From positions 2,666,001 to 2,730,000 of the forward strand of contig CM059433.1 in the NCBI GenBank assembly GCA_030390025.1: a DNA stretch of 64,000 nucleotides, given 5' to 3'. Origin of the DNA: Squalus acanthias. Its lineage: Eukaryota. Every line of letters begins with the position of its first letter. The first letter of the stretch is position 1. A program made the translations under genes and the position numbers. Under the pieces are notes generated by a model, which saw nothing but the letters and a program-made list of their open reading frames with translations, was not told where the DNA came from and made no database searches. Of this stretch, positions 47,562-60,368 are shown piece after piece.

Positions 47562-49825
47562 CAGGGGATTCACTTGCTCGCAGGTCGCCTCAAAGCCAGC
47601 AATGTTGAAAATGAGCATCAGCACAATGATGCAACCTCCCCTTTAAGAGCTGGAATGAACCAGTGTGAAGGATCATTGCTGAATGCATTGCACCTGAAAT
47701 TCATTAGTGCTCTGCTGGTCGCGCCCCTGTAGCATCCCACTGAGGTCATTAGTGCTTGATTTAGCGCCCCACTTCCTTCCTGGGGCGCTAACACCCAATT
47801 TAGTAGAAGTTCAGAATCCTTAGTGCCTGGCGCTAAACTTTCAACATTTCTAAAGTTAGCGTCCCAAACGGGGCGATACCCAATTTCACCCCCTAGAAAT
47901 TTAAAAATAATAAAGCAAGCCAGATAAAACTTTTTCACACAAGGGTAACAGAATCAATAACTATATCTGCTACACCAAAAAAATGGGATAGAGTGTAATG
48001 ATTTGACATTGTCAGTTGTATTCTGCCCAAGGTCAAATGTGACTTAGAGCACAAGCGATATATAAGTTTGGTAATATGGCACTTTCTGAAGCTATGAAAG
48101 TTGCTGTTAAATCTTAAACTATTCTTCGCCTTGAAAGTTCTGGCTAAGTCCATGATTAGCAGTATGTCTTCTGGCATAGCCATTCCACTGGTGATCCCAT
48201 TGCCTTTTTATACAACTATGAAACATGTGTCACTGTGTTGGACATTTGTTAAGCCTTTGATAGGGTCTGGCACTGTGCACACCTAAACAAGTTATCGTCA
48301 TATAACCTCCAACCTAAGCTATGCTTATGGCTATCTAGTTTCCTCGCATCACTTTATCTGTGCTGCAGTTGATTGCCCAATCTATCTGTTGACCCAGGGC
48401 TCTTTCACACTCTATTTATTCTTCTCATTAATGACCACCTCCATTCATTCAAACCTCACAACTTTTTTTCTTGAGATTCCACTCTAGCTTCGTCCACATC
48501 CTTCTGATTGCATGAGCTCTGTGCTTAAAGTCTCCATTCCTCGCTCAGTGAGAGATGCTGAACCACCTCCTTCGTACTCTTTACCGACACAATGAATATA
48601 TTGGCCCCGACAATCTACAAGCAAGCACATCACAACGTAAATGCCAGAATGCGCCTGGCCCCCACTTACGCTGGGATGTGCCCCCTTCCAGAATTTTGGG
48701 GCCAATATATTCATTGTGCTGCTGACCTCAGCAAAGTTTGCAGGGTCAAAGTGAAGGGCTGCAAGTAACAAGCCTTTGGCATTTGAGGCCCCAGAAAAAG
48801 AGGCCAGAAATCTCAGCTGAAGCTTGCCAGGCCGGGTGGGTGGTGTTGGATCACCCCTGTAAGAGGGAAAAAGTCTGCCCCAGCTGTCCTGTCACAGGAA
48901 GCCACTTCTAATGTATGGGAAAAAAAACTGGCCCCTCATCTTCAAGGATCCAGGCTCCAATATTAGCTCGAATCCCTGGGTAGGTGCCGCATCTACCCCT
49001 GTTGGTGAGGTGAGGTACACCTGGTGTATCACCAAGCGTAGCTGCACCGACCTTACACAGGCTTCCAACTGTGGGGCTTGGGCACCAGGAGCTCCCATTA
49101 TAGGTAGGTCATGCCCCCACCCACCTTCCCCCTTACTTTGGTGGGCCTGTAGAGATGGGAAGAGGTCCAGCACCATCCCAGAAACCTCTGTCCATGGCTA
49201 GGATCCAGTCTCTCTTAGTGTCAGCTGAGGTTCTAGCCATTCTGTCAGACCCCTGTTGAAGTTATGGTGGGAGTGGCAATGGATTTTTTTAGGGCCTTTG
49301 ATATTTTGAGTTGTTCATTATCTGGTCAATATCACATTGCTGTTTGTGGGAGCTTGCTGTGCGCAAATTGGCTGCCGTGTTTCCCACATTACAACAGTGA
49401 CTCCACTTCAAAAGTACTTCATTGGCTGTGAAGCGCTTTGAGACCTCCGGTGGTCGTGAAAAGCGCTGTAGAAAAGCAAGTCTTTTTTTCTTTTTCAAAG
49501 ATGTTGAGATAGATTTTCCTCTTTATCAATGGGAATAAAGCATCGGCTGGGCAGAGTGCCTAGAGGAGGATCAGGCGGTGGGGAATGCACGCTGTAATAA
49601 GAGTCCATCACCCAGGTTCTGTCTGCATAGCTGCCGCTGAGGAAGTTCTGGGCCTACTTTATGGGCAATATTTTTAATTTTATCCAACGCCCCTGAATTA
49701 AGTATTATTTAATTAAAAATCTACCCAGATTTTCTTTCAAGTATTCAGTTTTCAAACTGCAGAAACCCAGATTAGCTCAACATTCCCCGATGTCTGGTAT
49801 GTTCAGTCCTAATGGGAAACTCAAT

Positions 49826-50541
49826 GGGGGTGAAATTGGGTGCCTTTGCCCCCGGGGGGCGCTAACGGGGCACAAATGGCTTTACGACCGGGCGCGGCGC
49901 TGACATCAACTCCCGCTATATTCGGCGGGAATTTTGTGGTGGCGCTACGGCATTGTGCTCCGATCTCCTTCGCCCGGAGATCGTGACGTCATCGCCGTGC
50001 GTATCGCCCCGGTAGTGCCCAGGACCCGAAATTGACTTCCGTCCCCTGCAGCAGCGCCGGGCGAAAACACCGACAGCTGCAGGAGGCGGGCATCGGGCGG
50101 CCGGCCGCTTCAGGGGCGATGATTAAAGGCGAGGTGGCCGAGGTAAGTAAAAATAAACTTACCTTTCTTGTTGCAGTTTTTTTCACGGGTTCCTGCCCGC
50201 GATCGATCAGACCGGCACTCTGCTTGAGAGCCAGGCTGATCGCACGGGATCACGGCTGCCTTGGTGGTCCAGGTAGGTACTTTTTCTATTGCAGAGCCTG
50301 CAGCGATGGCCCTTCCCTTTAAGGGAGGGGAGGAACCTTTGAACGCGGCAGCGCTGCCCGGCCCAGGGTGCAACGCTGCTGAAGTCTCCGTCCCGCCGGC
50401 TGCCGATTGCGCTCCAAGAAGGAAGTCCAACGCTTGAATTAGCGCTCCACTTCCTTCCTGGAGTGCAAAACCGCTTGGCACTAATTTTCTCAACTTTTAA
50501 AATTTAGCACCCCAAGCGGGGCTGTAATGAATTTCTCCCCC
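49826..50541. mobile_element. Harbinger MITE related to 43954-47893
   Basis: Ends gggggtgaaatt / aatttctccccc; AAT duplicated; subterminal blocks shared with the two-gene element. Confidence 0.88.
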
Positions 50542-50685
50542 AATATAACTGCAGACGGCGATAATCATTTCCCATTTTCATCATCAGTATTTTGTTTTTA
50601 TTGAATTATCCTGATTGCGCTAGAAAAGCAATACCATGGTGAGATCATACACAAAGCATTACCAGAATGGTTATGTTTTCTTGTG

Positions 50686-51271
50686 TTGTTACCTCTAGAC
50701 TTGACTATTCCAATGCACTCCTGGCTGGCCTCCCACATTCCACCCTACGTAAACTTGAGGTCATCCAAAACTCGACTGCCCGTGTCCTAACTCGCACCAA
50801 GTCCCGTTCGCCCATCACCCCTGTGCTCGCTGCCCTACATTGGCTCCTGGTTAAGCAGCGCCTCGATTTCAAAATTCTCATCCTTGTTTTCAAATCCCTC
50901 CATGGCCTCGCCCCTCCCTATCTCTGTAATCTCCTTCAGCCCCACAACCCCCCGAGATATCTGCGCTCCTCTAATTCTGCCCTCTTGAGCATCCCTGATT
51001 ATAATCGCTCAACCATCAGTGGCCGTGCCTTCTGTTGCCTGGGCCCTAAGCTCTGGAATTCCCTGCCTAAACCTCTCCACCTCACTACCTCTCTTTCCTC
51101 CTTTAAGATGCTCCTTAAAACCTACCTCTTTGACCAAGCTTTTGGTCACCTGCCCTAATTTATCCTTATGTGGCTCAGGTGTCAAATTTTTGTCTTAAAA
51201 TACTCCTGTGCAGCACCTTGGGACGTTTTACTACATTAAAGGCGCTATATAAATACAAGTTGTTGTTGTTG
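50686..51271 (+). mobile_element. L2 LINE 3' end
   Basis: ORF 50667-51158 (VTSRLDYSNALLAGLP...LKTYLFDQAF); (gtt)n tail. Confidence 0.92.
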
Positions 51272-51644
51272 TGACCCAGCTGCAGATAGCCATTTGTGAT
51301 GACAGTGTTTCCTATCAACACAAATGTGAAGGAGGGGTGGGGGGTTACTAGGGTGATAATTATGGGATTTTTAGAAGGTTGGAGCAAGCACTGGAGTAAA
51401 GTTAGATTATTGATCCCATTCATCCGAATAGTGCTGGAATATTGATCCTGCCTCAGCCATTGCCACAGTCTAGACCCTGTCATAAGTGGTCATGTTATCT
51501 GGGGAGCTTGCATCAGCAAACCAAACTGAATGGATCATGGATTAAAGATAAACGGTCTCTTCATATTAATGGGAGATATCGGATCTGGGGAGCATTGCTG
51601 GGCCCATAGGATAAGATTAATTGCCTTGATATAATGTTAAAGAA

Positions 51645-52000
51645 AAAAAGAAAGACTTGCATTTATCTAGCAGCTTTCATGACCGTAGAATGTTCTCAAA
51701 GCACTTTACAACCAATGAAGTACTTTTGAAGTGTAGTCACTGTTGTAATGTAGGAAACGCACCAGCCAATTGACGCACAGCAAGATCCCACAAACAGCAA
51801 TGTGATAATCTGTTTATAGTCATGTTGGTTGAGGGATAAATATTGGCCAGGACACCGGGGAGGACTCCCCTGCCCTTCTTCAAAAAAAAATGCCATGGGA
51901 TCTTTTACGCCACCTGGGAGGGCAGACGGGGCCTCATCCCAAAGACGGCACCTCTGACAGTGCAGCAGTACCTCAGTACTGCACTGAAGTGTCAGCCTCC
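51645..52000 (-). mobile_element. Deu-domain SINE, 5'-truncated
   Basis: Reverse homologue of 6810-7145. Confidence 0.75.
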
Positions 52001-53555
52001 ATTATGGTTTGCACCAGTGATGCCATTTAGTGACATTCTTGGCAGCAGTATGGGAATTAAGGGAAAGACAGTATATTCATCGAGTTTGAAGGGTTTTGGT
52101 CAGTTGAAACTATATTGAACTGAATCTTGCAGTCCAGATGATTTATTCACTCCTATTACAATATACTGAGAATACGTCTGAAAGTAGCCAGAAGACTTGA
52201 AACCATTCAATGTATTTCAACCAGATTTTCCAGCAGGTATGGTTTACATGAAGAGTGCATTTATTGAAATGCTGACAGTCAAACAATGGGCCATAAACTG
52301 CCTCTTTACGCAAATTGCTGCTGTTCTGACAAGCACTCTATAGTGTAGTGAAGCATAATCATTTCTGTGTTCTGAAAAAGGACCACTTGCCTGCACAGTG
52401 TCACATTACTGAGACTCTGAAGGAATAAGATTCATGCACGAGTGAGGTTCTCGGAGAACTGAATTACAATAACAGGTAAAAGCGCATGAACAACCTGGGG
52501 CTTTAAATTAAGCAATATAAGGTTTTCTCACGAGGAGCAGAGTAATGAAAGAAAATGCAGGTGAAAGCTTTGGAAAACTAATTTAATGTGTATCGTGCAG
52601 TTAGCACAACGGGGTGCATGAGGGATGATTTAGGTGTGATTTTTATCATAGCTGACAGGCCACTTACTGGAATTCACCATTACTGTAATGGGCAATTGAA
52701 AAGATTTTTAATCTTAACCCTGTGAGCGAGAAGGGTGAATTGCAATTCTTATCACAAAAGATGCTGGGTTACAATCGGGCATTACAACTTTCAGTTGTTG
52801 AAGATTAATTTGATGCTGTTAATTGAATAAATAGAAGGTGTGCACCATTTTGCATTTATGTTATTGACTGCAATTTGTTAATTAAATGATTATAACCTTA
52901 GCAGGTTCAGCATACACCAAGTCTTAGATTGGTAAAATGCAGGATGGCTGTTAAAATAAACTGATGCTACACTATGAAGTCAACACAGAGCTCGAAGATG
53001 ATAGTTCGACAATACATTCACTCCAGGCAATCTATAGTCCCAATATTTGCTGGGCTGGGGTTCAGAGTGGAGGGGTGGTGGGGGGGGTTTACAGTGGGGG
53101 AGGATTTATGGTCCCCGAACGCCATGGAGTTTTAACTCCATGGCGTGCGCGCTTTTTTTGAATAGGTTCCCCATCTGGAAGCCAACCTGTTTGACTGGCT
53201 GGGCTGCCTGTTTGGGTGGGGAACATTCCAGGAAAGGCCGTAGCCCAGGAGCAGGTATGTTTAGTGCATGTTGGGGTTAGAGATCGCGGGGGTGAGTAGA
53301 GTACGGTTGGGAGGGTCAGGGGAGATCGAGGTGGGGGAGGGAGTGGAGGATCAGTGGGGGATTGGGGAGAGATCAGAGGGTGATTAGAGATTGGGGACAG
53401 AGATGAGGGGATCGGGGAGAGATCAGAGGGGAGTTGGAGATCGGGGGGTTTAGTGATCACGGGGAGGGGTCGATGATTGCGGGGGGTTTGGTGATGGGGT
53501 GTTCGGGGGGAGATCGTGTTGGTGAGGAGGGTGTTTACAGGTAAGCTGGTTTTGG

Positions 53556-54160
53556 TCCAAAATGGATGACCTCATACTTTCCTGGGTTGAAATCCATCTG
53601 CCACAGTTTTACCCACTCACTTTATCTATTAATGGCTCTTTGTAATTTTATGCTCCCGTCCATACTACTTATTATCCCACCAATCTTTGGTCATTGGTAA
53701 ACTTGGATATATGGCTCCAGGACAGATACTTGTGGGACACCACTAGTCACTTCCTTCCAATTTGGGTACATACCCATTAATCCTACACTCTGTCTTCTAC
53801 CACCTAAACAATCTCCTAACCAGGTCAATAATTTGCCATCAATTCCATGAACTTTAATTTTAGCTAACAGTCTCTTATGTGGAACCTTATCGAATGCCTT
53901 CTGGAAATCCATATAAACTACATCCATAGACATTCCCCTGACAACTACTTTAGTTACTTCCCGAAAAAATTCAATTAAGTTTGTTAGACATGACCTACCC
54001 GTTACAAATCCATGTTGGCTCTCTCTCTGATCAACTCAAATTTCTCTAAGAGCTCAGTCACTCTGTCCTTAATTATAGATTCAAATAACTTCCCACAACA
54101 GATGTTAAACTAACAGGTTTATATTTTCCTGGTTTCTCTCTCTCACTTTTCTTAAATAAA
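53556..54160 (-). mobile_element. Degraded CR1 RT fragment
   Basis: [19 protein letters not shown]...TSGVPQ in ORF 53691-53933. Confidence 0.85.
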
Positions 54161-54345
54161 GGTGATAAAAGCTGCCAAAATTATACAGGATTTGAATTTA
54201 TTTATAATTGCGATAGTTGTTAGTCTGGTACTTATCCCGTACAACATGAAGTTCCTCTTAATATAAAACAGCAGAATGACTGTTATTCTTGATAATTAAC
54301 AACCCACTAACAAAACTGTGGGAAAGTGAGACTTTAAAACATGTA

Positions 54346-56040
54346 GGGGGTAATTTTAACCCCCCAAAATGGATGGGTTTGGTTCAGGTGTGAGGTTAAA
54401 AAGTAAAATATCTGAAACAGGAATTGAACCCGCCCACTTCCGGTTTTTAATGGAGGCGGGATGCGGGTCGGTCGTTGAAACCTTTTAAGGAGGCAGCGTG
54501 CTTTCAGTTTAACAGTTATTCTATTTCTAACTCATGCCGGCCAGGTTTCCCAGGCCTCGGGAAACCCGACAGGTAACAGGAGGCAAGAACAGAGAGCTGG
54601 CACGGACTCGATGGGCTGAATGGCCTCCTTCTGTGCCGTATGACTCTATGGGGTAGAAATTAGGTCGCGCCCCATTTGGGGCGCAAATATCGTCCGGACG
54701 CAAATATTAGCGCCTGGCGCTAATTATCGGCACTGACGGGAAACTTCACTTTTACCGCCCCGGGAGGTGAGTGGAGCGCTAAAGCAGGCGCTGCACACCT
54801 CTCTTAAGGCGCAAAGGCCGAGCAGTGAGGCGCTAACTCGGAGCGCTGGCGAAGCTCATGTAATGTCAGTCAGCAATGGAACACACATACAATGGCACGG
54901 GCCAGTTCTTAAAGGGGATGGTTAATCTTGCTTTCCATCCACATCCTGTTCATTGCTGCCTTGAATCTCGGCCTGGAGAGACTTGCACATCAAATGTGCT
55001 GGAAAGAACAATGGAGAGCACCAGGCAAAGAGCTCAGAGTGCAGCTCCCACGGTCTCTGCTAAATCGATACAAGGAATGGCAAATCAAAATGAACCTGCA
55101 AAGTGCTGCTCAGTACCCAAAACTCCTTCACACAACGTTGAATCTCTCCAGAAGTCTCTCCCTCTCTCTCTCAGAATGCGTAGTTCAAAAATGCCACCAA
55201 CAATAAAAGACAGGAAGAGGCCCCCTTTAAATAGCGCCCCCCCCAGCCCCACAGCGATTGATAGCGTTCCAGTCTTCTGGTCGTTGGATGCGCCAGGCGG
55301 TAAGGCAGGGGGCGCCACTCAATTTCCGCTACGGGGCGCCCCAAGGGCGTTGCACCATGGAATGACGTCACAATCTGCGCGCGCAGGTGGTCGCAGCGGT
55401 AAGTTTTAGCGCCGCCGCACAATCTCAAGTTAAGTTCTCGAGCGGCGCAAACATCGCTGCGCCCGGGCGTTAGCGGCTTTGCTCCCCATTAGCGCCCTCT
55501 TAAGGCGCTAACGGGTGGCGCAACCAAGTGAATTTTTACCCCTATGGCTCTATGATTCTAAGGTCTGAATCCATTAGGTAAGTGCCTTTATTGCACTGCT
55601 TGTGGGCCAGGAGGAGCAGGAGTGTTTCCTCCAGGCCCAACAAGCTTACCTGTAAACCACCCCACCCCACGATCTGTCTGCTACCTCCCTACCCCGTGAT
55701 CGGACCTCCCGACTACCATCTGCTCCCTGCACCCCCGAGATCGGACCTCCCGACTACCATCTCTCCAACCCCCCCACAACCCCCGAAGCTCGGAAACCCC
55801 CCACCACCACACAACCCCCGCGATCGCTCCCATCCCGCCCCCTGCCACTAGACCCCCCACAGCGATCTCTCCCTATCTGCTGCTGCGCTGTGTCCTTGTG
55901 TCACAGGCAGGCAATCTGTCAATCAGGCTGACTGTCGGGCAGGAAGCCTACAGAAAAAATTTAAAAGAAATGGCAGGAGGTTCAGGGAACCTTTACTTCC
56001 AGGTTTCCCGTCCATAACTCCCCCCCCCCCCCCCCCCCGC
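54346..56040. mobile_element. MITE-like element containing a CR1 tail and a nested MITE
   Basis: 54346-54590 and 55560-55660 are reverse homologues of 22870-23210; right end uncertain. Confidence 0.55.
54650..55542. mobile_element. Harbinger MITE related to 43954-47893
   Basis: Ends ggggtagaaatt / aatttttacccc; TAT duplicated; inserted into a tatgactc CR1 tail. Confidence 0.88.
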
Positions 56041-56491
56041 CCCGCCCCTCGCACCAAACGCACCTTGGAGATCGTTTCTGAGAATGCAATTTTGTTGGTG
56101 GGTCTATAATTATGGGACAAAAGAAGAGCAGGGACTTGTGTATTTTTAATTAAAAGAGGGATTACATCTACTTGCTGTTTCGAGCTACTTTCCCAATCTA
56201 TTTATCGAATGTATTTTAATCATAAATGAAAACCCAGTCCCTGATCGGATTATTTTTTCTTTTGCAAAATGTAATTTTTGTTTAAAGGCTGTATTCATTT
56301 AAAACCTAGTTAAGATTAAGAAACATGACCTGAAAGGTAGTAATCTCAATGCCATGTGCTCATCAGAATGGGAACAGCTAGATTTGAGAAGGTAACTGAA
56401 CGGTTAAAGGTGCAGGAGCCAAATTTCCTGGTGTGATACACCAGTGAACAAGCAACCACAGTGCACAGGAGAGGAAATTTGGACAGGGAGC

Positions 56492-56925
56492 TGTTCTCCT
56501 GGTTCCCCACCGCCCGTTCTGCTGGTTCCCCACCGCCCGTTCTCCTGGTTCCCCACCGCCCGTTCTGCTGGTTCCCCACCGCCCGTTCTGCTGGTTCCCC
56601 ACCGCCCGTTCTGCTGGTTCCCCACCGCCTGTTCTGCTGGTTCCCCACCGCCCGTTCTGCTGGTTCCCCACCGCCCGTTCTGCTGGTTCCCCACCGCCCG
56701 TTCTGCTGGTTCCCCACCGCCCGTTCTGCTGGTTCCCCACCGCCCGTTCTGCTGGTTCCCCACCGCCCGTTCTGCTGGTTCCCCACCGCCCGTTCTGCTG
56801 GTTCCCCACCGCCCGTTCTGCTGGTTCTCCACCGCCCGTTCTGCTGGTTCTCCACCGCCCGTTCTGCTGGTTCTCCACCATCCTTTCTGCTGCTTCCACA
56901 ACGCCCGTTCTGCTGGTTTCCCACC
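56492..56925. repeat. 23-bp minisatellite (TTCCCCACCGCCCGTTCTGCTGG) x ~18-19
   Basis: Direct reading; head-to-tail units, no spacers. Confidence 0.95.
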
Positions 56926-57632
56926 ACCCATTCTCTTCTCTCCCCACCACCCAATGCTACTTCCAAAATTTCCTGCTGATATTGCTGTCAGGTGTATAAT
57001 TCATCTGGCCAAATACAGGTGGGTAAATATAATGAGGCACAAATGACAGGATGACAAAGTATTTCCCGTCATTTGTGCCTCAGCAATGTTGTGTGCAAAG
57101 AACACACATGTATTCCCAGCATCCAGCTGGGCTGTGCAGGAGTGGGGGAGGGGATTACATTTTCAATGGCCACTTTGTCCAGTGCAATTAATTGATTGAT
57201 TTAGTTTAAATTTCAAGTTTACAAAAACAATTCCAATCTTCAGCTGGCACCAACTGTCACACTATGCTGTAGAAGCTTCCCTCCGTGCTGGCGTGCTGGC
57301 TGGGCTGGATTACAATCACCCCTTGGTCTCTTCGTCCTAGTGACACAGTTTAATTTGAAGTAATTTTCTTGGTCTACCTTTTCTATATCATTTATTAGCT
57401 TGTATACCTGGATAAGGTCACTCAAATCTCTCTTCATACCTTTGTCCTCTGAAACAAGGCATCAGACTTGTGGTTCTTCTCCAAATAGCATCGGGCTCCG
57501 TCCCCTTCCAAGTTGCTCATTCAGACCGAACCAATTGGTGTGCAACGTCTTTTTTGTATTATTCATTCTTGGGATGGGGACAAGGCTGGCATTTATTGCC
57601 TATCCCTAGTTGTCCAGGGAAGGTGGGGTGGG

Positions 57633-57808
57633 CAATGTTCCCCCTAATATTATTTTTGGGTGTGCGGCGCCTTTAAGGGGCTGGGCGGCGCCTTTAAGGG
57701 GCTGGGCGGCCCATTCACATGCGCAAAATTAAACATGGGAAAAGCCGGTCTTGGGCTGCGCGGGACCGGCAGAGAGCTGCGCTATCGCTCAGCTTAGAGG
57801 GAACGTTG
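57633..57808. mobile_element. hAT-type MITE (176 bp) inserted in a SINE-like repeat
   Basis: Ends caatgttccccctaa / ttagagggaacgttg; 8-bp flanks ggggtggg / gtggtggg (7/8); internal 21-bp tandem duplication. Confidence 0.72.
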
Positions 57809-58234
57809 GTGGTGGGCCTTCTAAAAATGCTGCAGGTTGTAGCGATTTTATACAGCTGGCTCGGCCACTTCAGAGGGTAGCAACAGTCAAGCACGTTGGT
57901 GCGGGACTGGAGTCATACACAGGCCAGACCGGGTAAGGACAGCAGGTTTCCTTCTCTAAAGGACCTGTTTGATCAGGACCTGAGGTTCAAACCCCATGTC
58001 CTATCTATTACCAAGATTGTTCACCTCAACATTGGGCTCTTTTACCTCATTAAAGGCACTACACAAGGGCAAGTTGTTGGGTTTGCTGTAATCTCACAAT
58101 GTAAAATTAGTAATGAATATTATTGGGCCGTAATTTGCGGTCAGCAGCGAAGCAAAGGTGTTCGTCGCTGGCCCTGAAGTAAGCTTCGCACAAAGATCTC
58201 ACAATCTCTGTGGCGAGAAGTTCAGCTTTTCCGA

Positions 58235-59450
58235 GTAGACAAAGGGGAACCGGTAGATGTGGTGTATCTGGATTTTCAGAAGGCCGTCGATAAGGTCCCA
58301 CACAAGAGGTTAGTGAACAAAATTAGGGCACATGGAATTGGGGGTAATATACTAGCATGGATTGAGAATTGGTTAACAGACAGAAAACAAAGAGTAGGGA
58401 TAAACGGGTCTTTTTCAGGATGGCAGGCTGTGACTAGTGGGGTACTGCAAGGATTGGTGCTTGGGCCCCAGCTATTCACAATCTACATCAATGATTTGGA
58501 TGAGGGGACTAAATGTATCATTTCCAAATTTGCTGATGACACAAAGCTAGGTGGCAGTGTCAGTTGTGAAGAGGATGTGAAGAGGCTTCAAGGGGATCTC
58601 GACAGGCTCAGTGAGTGAGTGAGAACATGGCAGATGGAATATAATGTGGATAAATGTGAAGTTATCCACTTTGGTAGAAGAAACAGAAAGGCAGAGTATT
58701 TCCTAAATGGTGAAAGATTGGGGAATGCAGATGCTCAAAGGGCCCTGGGTGTCCTTGTACATGAGTCACTGCAAGTGAATGTGCAGGTGCAGCAAGCCAT
58801 TAGGAAGGCAAATGGTATGCTGGCCTTCATTACAAGAGGATTTGAGTACAGGAGTAAAGAAGTCTTACTCCAATTATATAGGGCCTTGGTGAGACCACAC
58901 CTGGAGAACTGTGTACAATTTTGGTCTCCTTACCTAAGGAAGGATATACTTGCCATAGAGGGAGTGCAATGAAGGTTCACGAGATTGATTCCTGGGATGG
59001 CGGGACTGTCGTATGAGAAGAGATTGAGTAAACTAGGCCTGTATTCTCTTGAATTCAGAAGAATGAGAGGGGATCTCATTGAAGCATACAAAATTATTAC
59101 AGGGCTTGATAGGGTGGATGCTGGGAGAATGTTTCCCTTGGCTGGGGAGTCTAGAACCAGCCTCAGGATAAAGGGTAGGCCACTCAGGACTGAGATGAGA
59201 AGAAATTTCTTCACACAGAGGGTGGTGAATCTTTGGAATTCTCTACCCCAGAGGGCTGTGGAGGCTCAGTCATTGGGTATATTCAAAGCAGAAGTTGATA
59301 GATTTCTGACTAGTAAGGACATCAAGGGATATGGCGATAGGGCCGGTGAATGGAGTTGAGGCAGAAGATCAGCCATGATCTCATTGAATGGCGGAGCAGG
59401 CTCGAAGGGCCGAATGGACGACTCCTGCTCCTATTTCTTATGTTCTTATG
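58235..59450 (+). mobile_element. 5'-truncated CR1 LINE (RT with stops)
   Basis: ORFs 58259-58618, 58619-58972 and 58985-59359 share one frame broken by TGA stops; 3' UTR and ttcttatg tail. Confidence 0.93.
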
Positions 59451-60017
59451 ACACGTAATTGAAATCAATGTAAGTTAATGGGGATTCCCAGCAAAGAGCC
59501 GCTGTGACATCAACAAGCTGTCTAAGCAACCAATCAAAACCCAGAATTCTCACAGGCAGCGAACCAGGAAGTGGGCAAACTCCTTATGATTCTAACTTTT
59601 TAAAATATTTAGAGAGAGCAAAACAAAGATTGGGGCTCTCACATGGGGAAAAGGCAAACCTGAAATAAAGATGGACAAACTTTTTTAGAATTTTTCTTAA
59701 TTGGGATTTTTATTAAAATGGAGAAATTTGACACTCCACAAAATTAACATTAGTTTTTCAGGGCCATGACGTTTGTTTAGCAGTCAATACACTGTTAAAA
59801 CCCCAGTTACACCTAATCCGAAAGGGTCTAACTTTTAATGGGGTATTTAACAGCGATATCACTGCGGAAGAGCCGAAGTTTTCGTCAGTTTCCATGATTT
59901 GACAGATTACACTGATCACCGGCTGGGGGAGGGGGAGGGGTGGGGGTGGGGGTGGGGGGACAGTGCAGCCAGTGTCCGAGCAGTGAATGACTGACCACAA
60001 CTTTAGGATTTGCCCGT

Positions 60018-60368
60018 TATCTCTGTAATCTCCTTCAGCCCCACAACCCCCCGAGATATCTGCGCTCCTCTAATTCTGCCCTCTTGAGCATCCCTGATTA
60101 TAATCGCTCAACCTTTGGTGGCCGTGCCTTCTGTTGCCTGGGCCCTAAGCTCTGGAATTCCCCGCCTAAAGCTCTCCGCCTCGCTACCTCTCTTTCCTCC
60201 TTTAAGACGCTCCTTAAAACCTACCTCTTTGACCAAGCTTTTGGTCACCTGCCCTAATTTATCCTTATGTGGCTCGGTGTCAAATTTTTTGTCTTAAAAT
60301 ACTCCTGTGCAGCGCCTTGGGACGTTTTACTACGTTAAAGGTGCTATGTAAATACAAGTTGTTGTTGT
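60018..60368 (+). mobile_element. L2 LINE 3' end
   Basis: Near-identical to 50920-51271. Confidence 0.9.

Larger units (their letters stand above)
43954..47893. mobile_element. PIF/Harbinger DNA transposon, two-gene structure (3940 bp)
   Basis: Ends ggtggagaaatttgg / cccaatttcaccccc (12/15 match); TAG duplicated (43951-43953, 47894-47896); inserted in an old CR1 that continues on both sides. Confidence 0.92.

Noticed and set aside
53119..53146. Perfect 13-bp-arm palindrome
   Set aside because: Single short instance within a MITE-like remnant, with nothing else supporting a function.
54876..55409. 177-aa ORF
   Set aside because: Inside a GC-rich MITE, no recognisable domain; the same applies to ORFs at 5205-5707.
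56346..57046. Five long overlapping ORFs or a CRISPR-like array
   Set aside because: Head-to-tail 23-bp minisatellite with no unique spacers and no cas genes; the ORFs follow from a stop-free unit.
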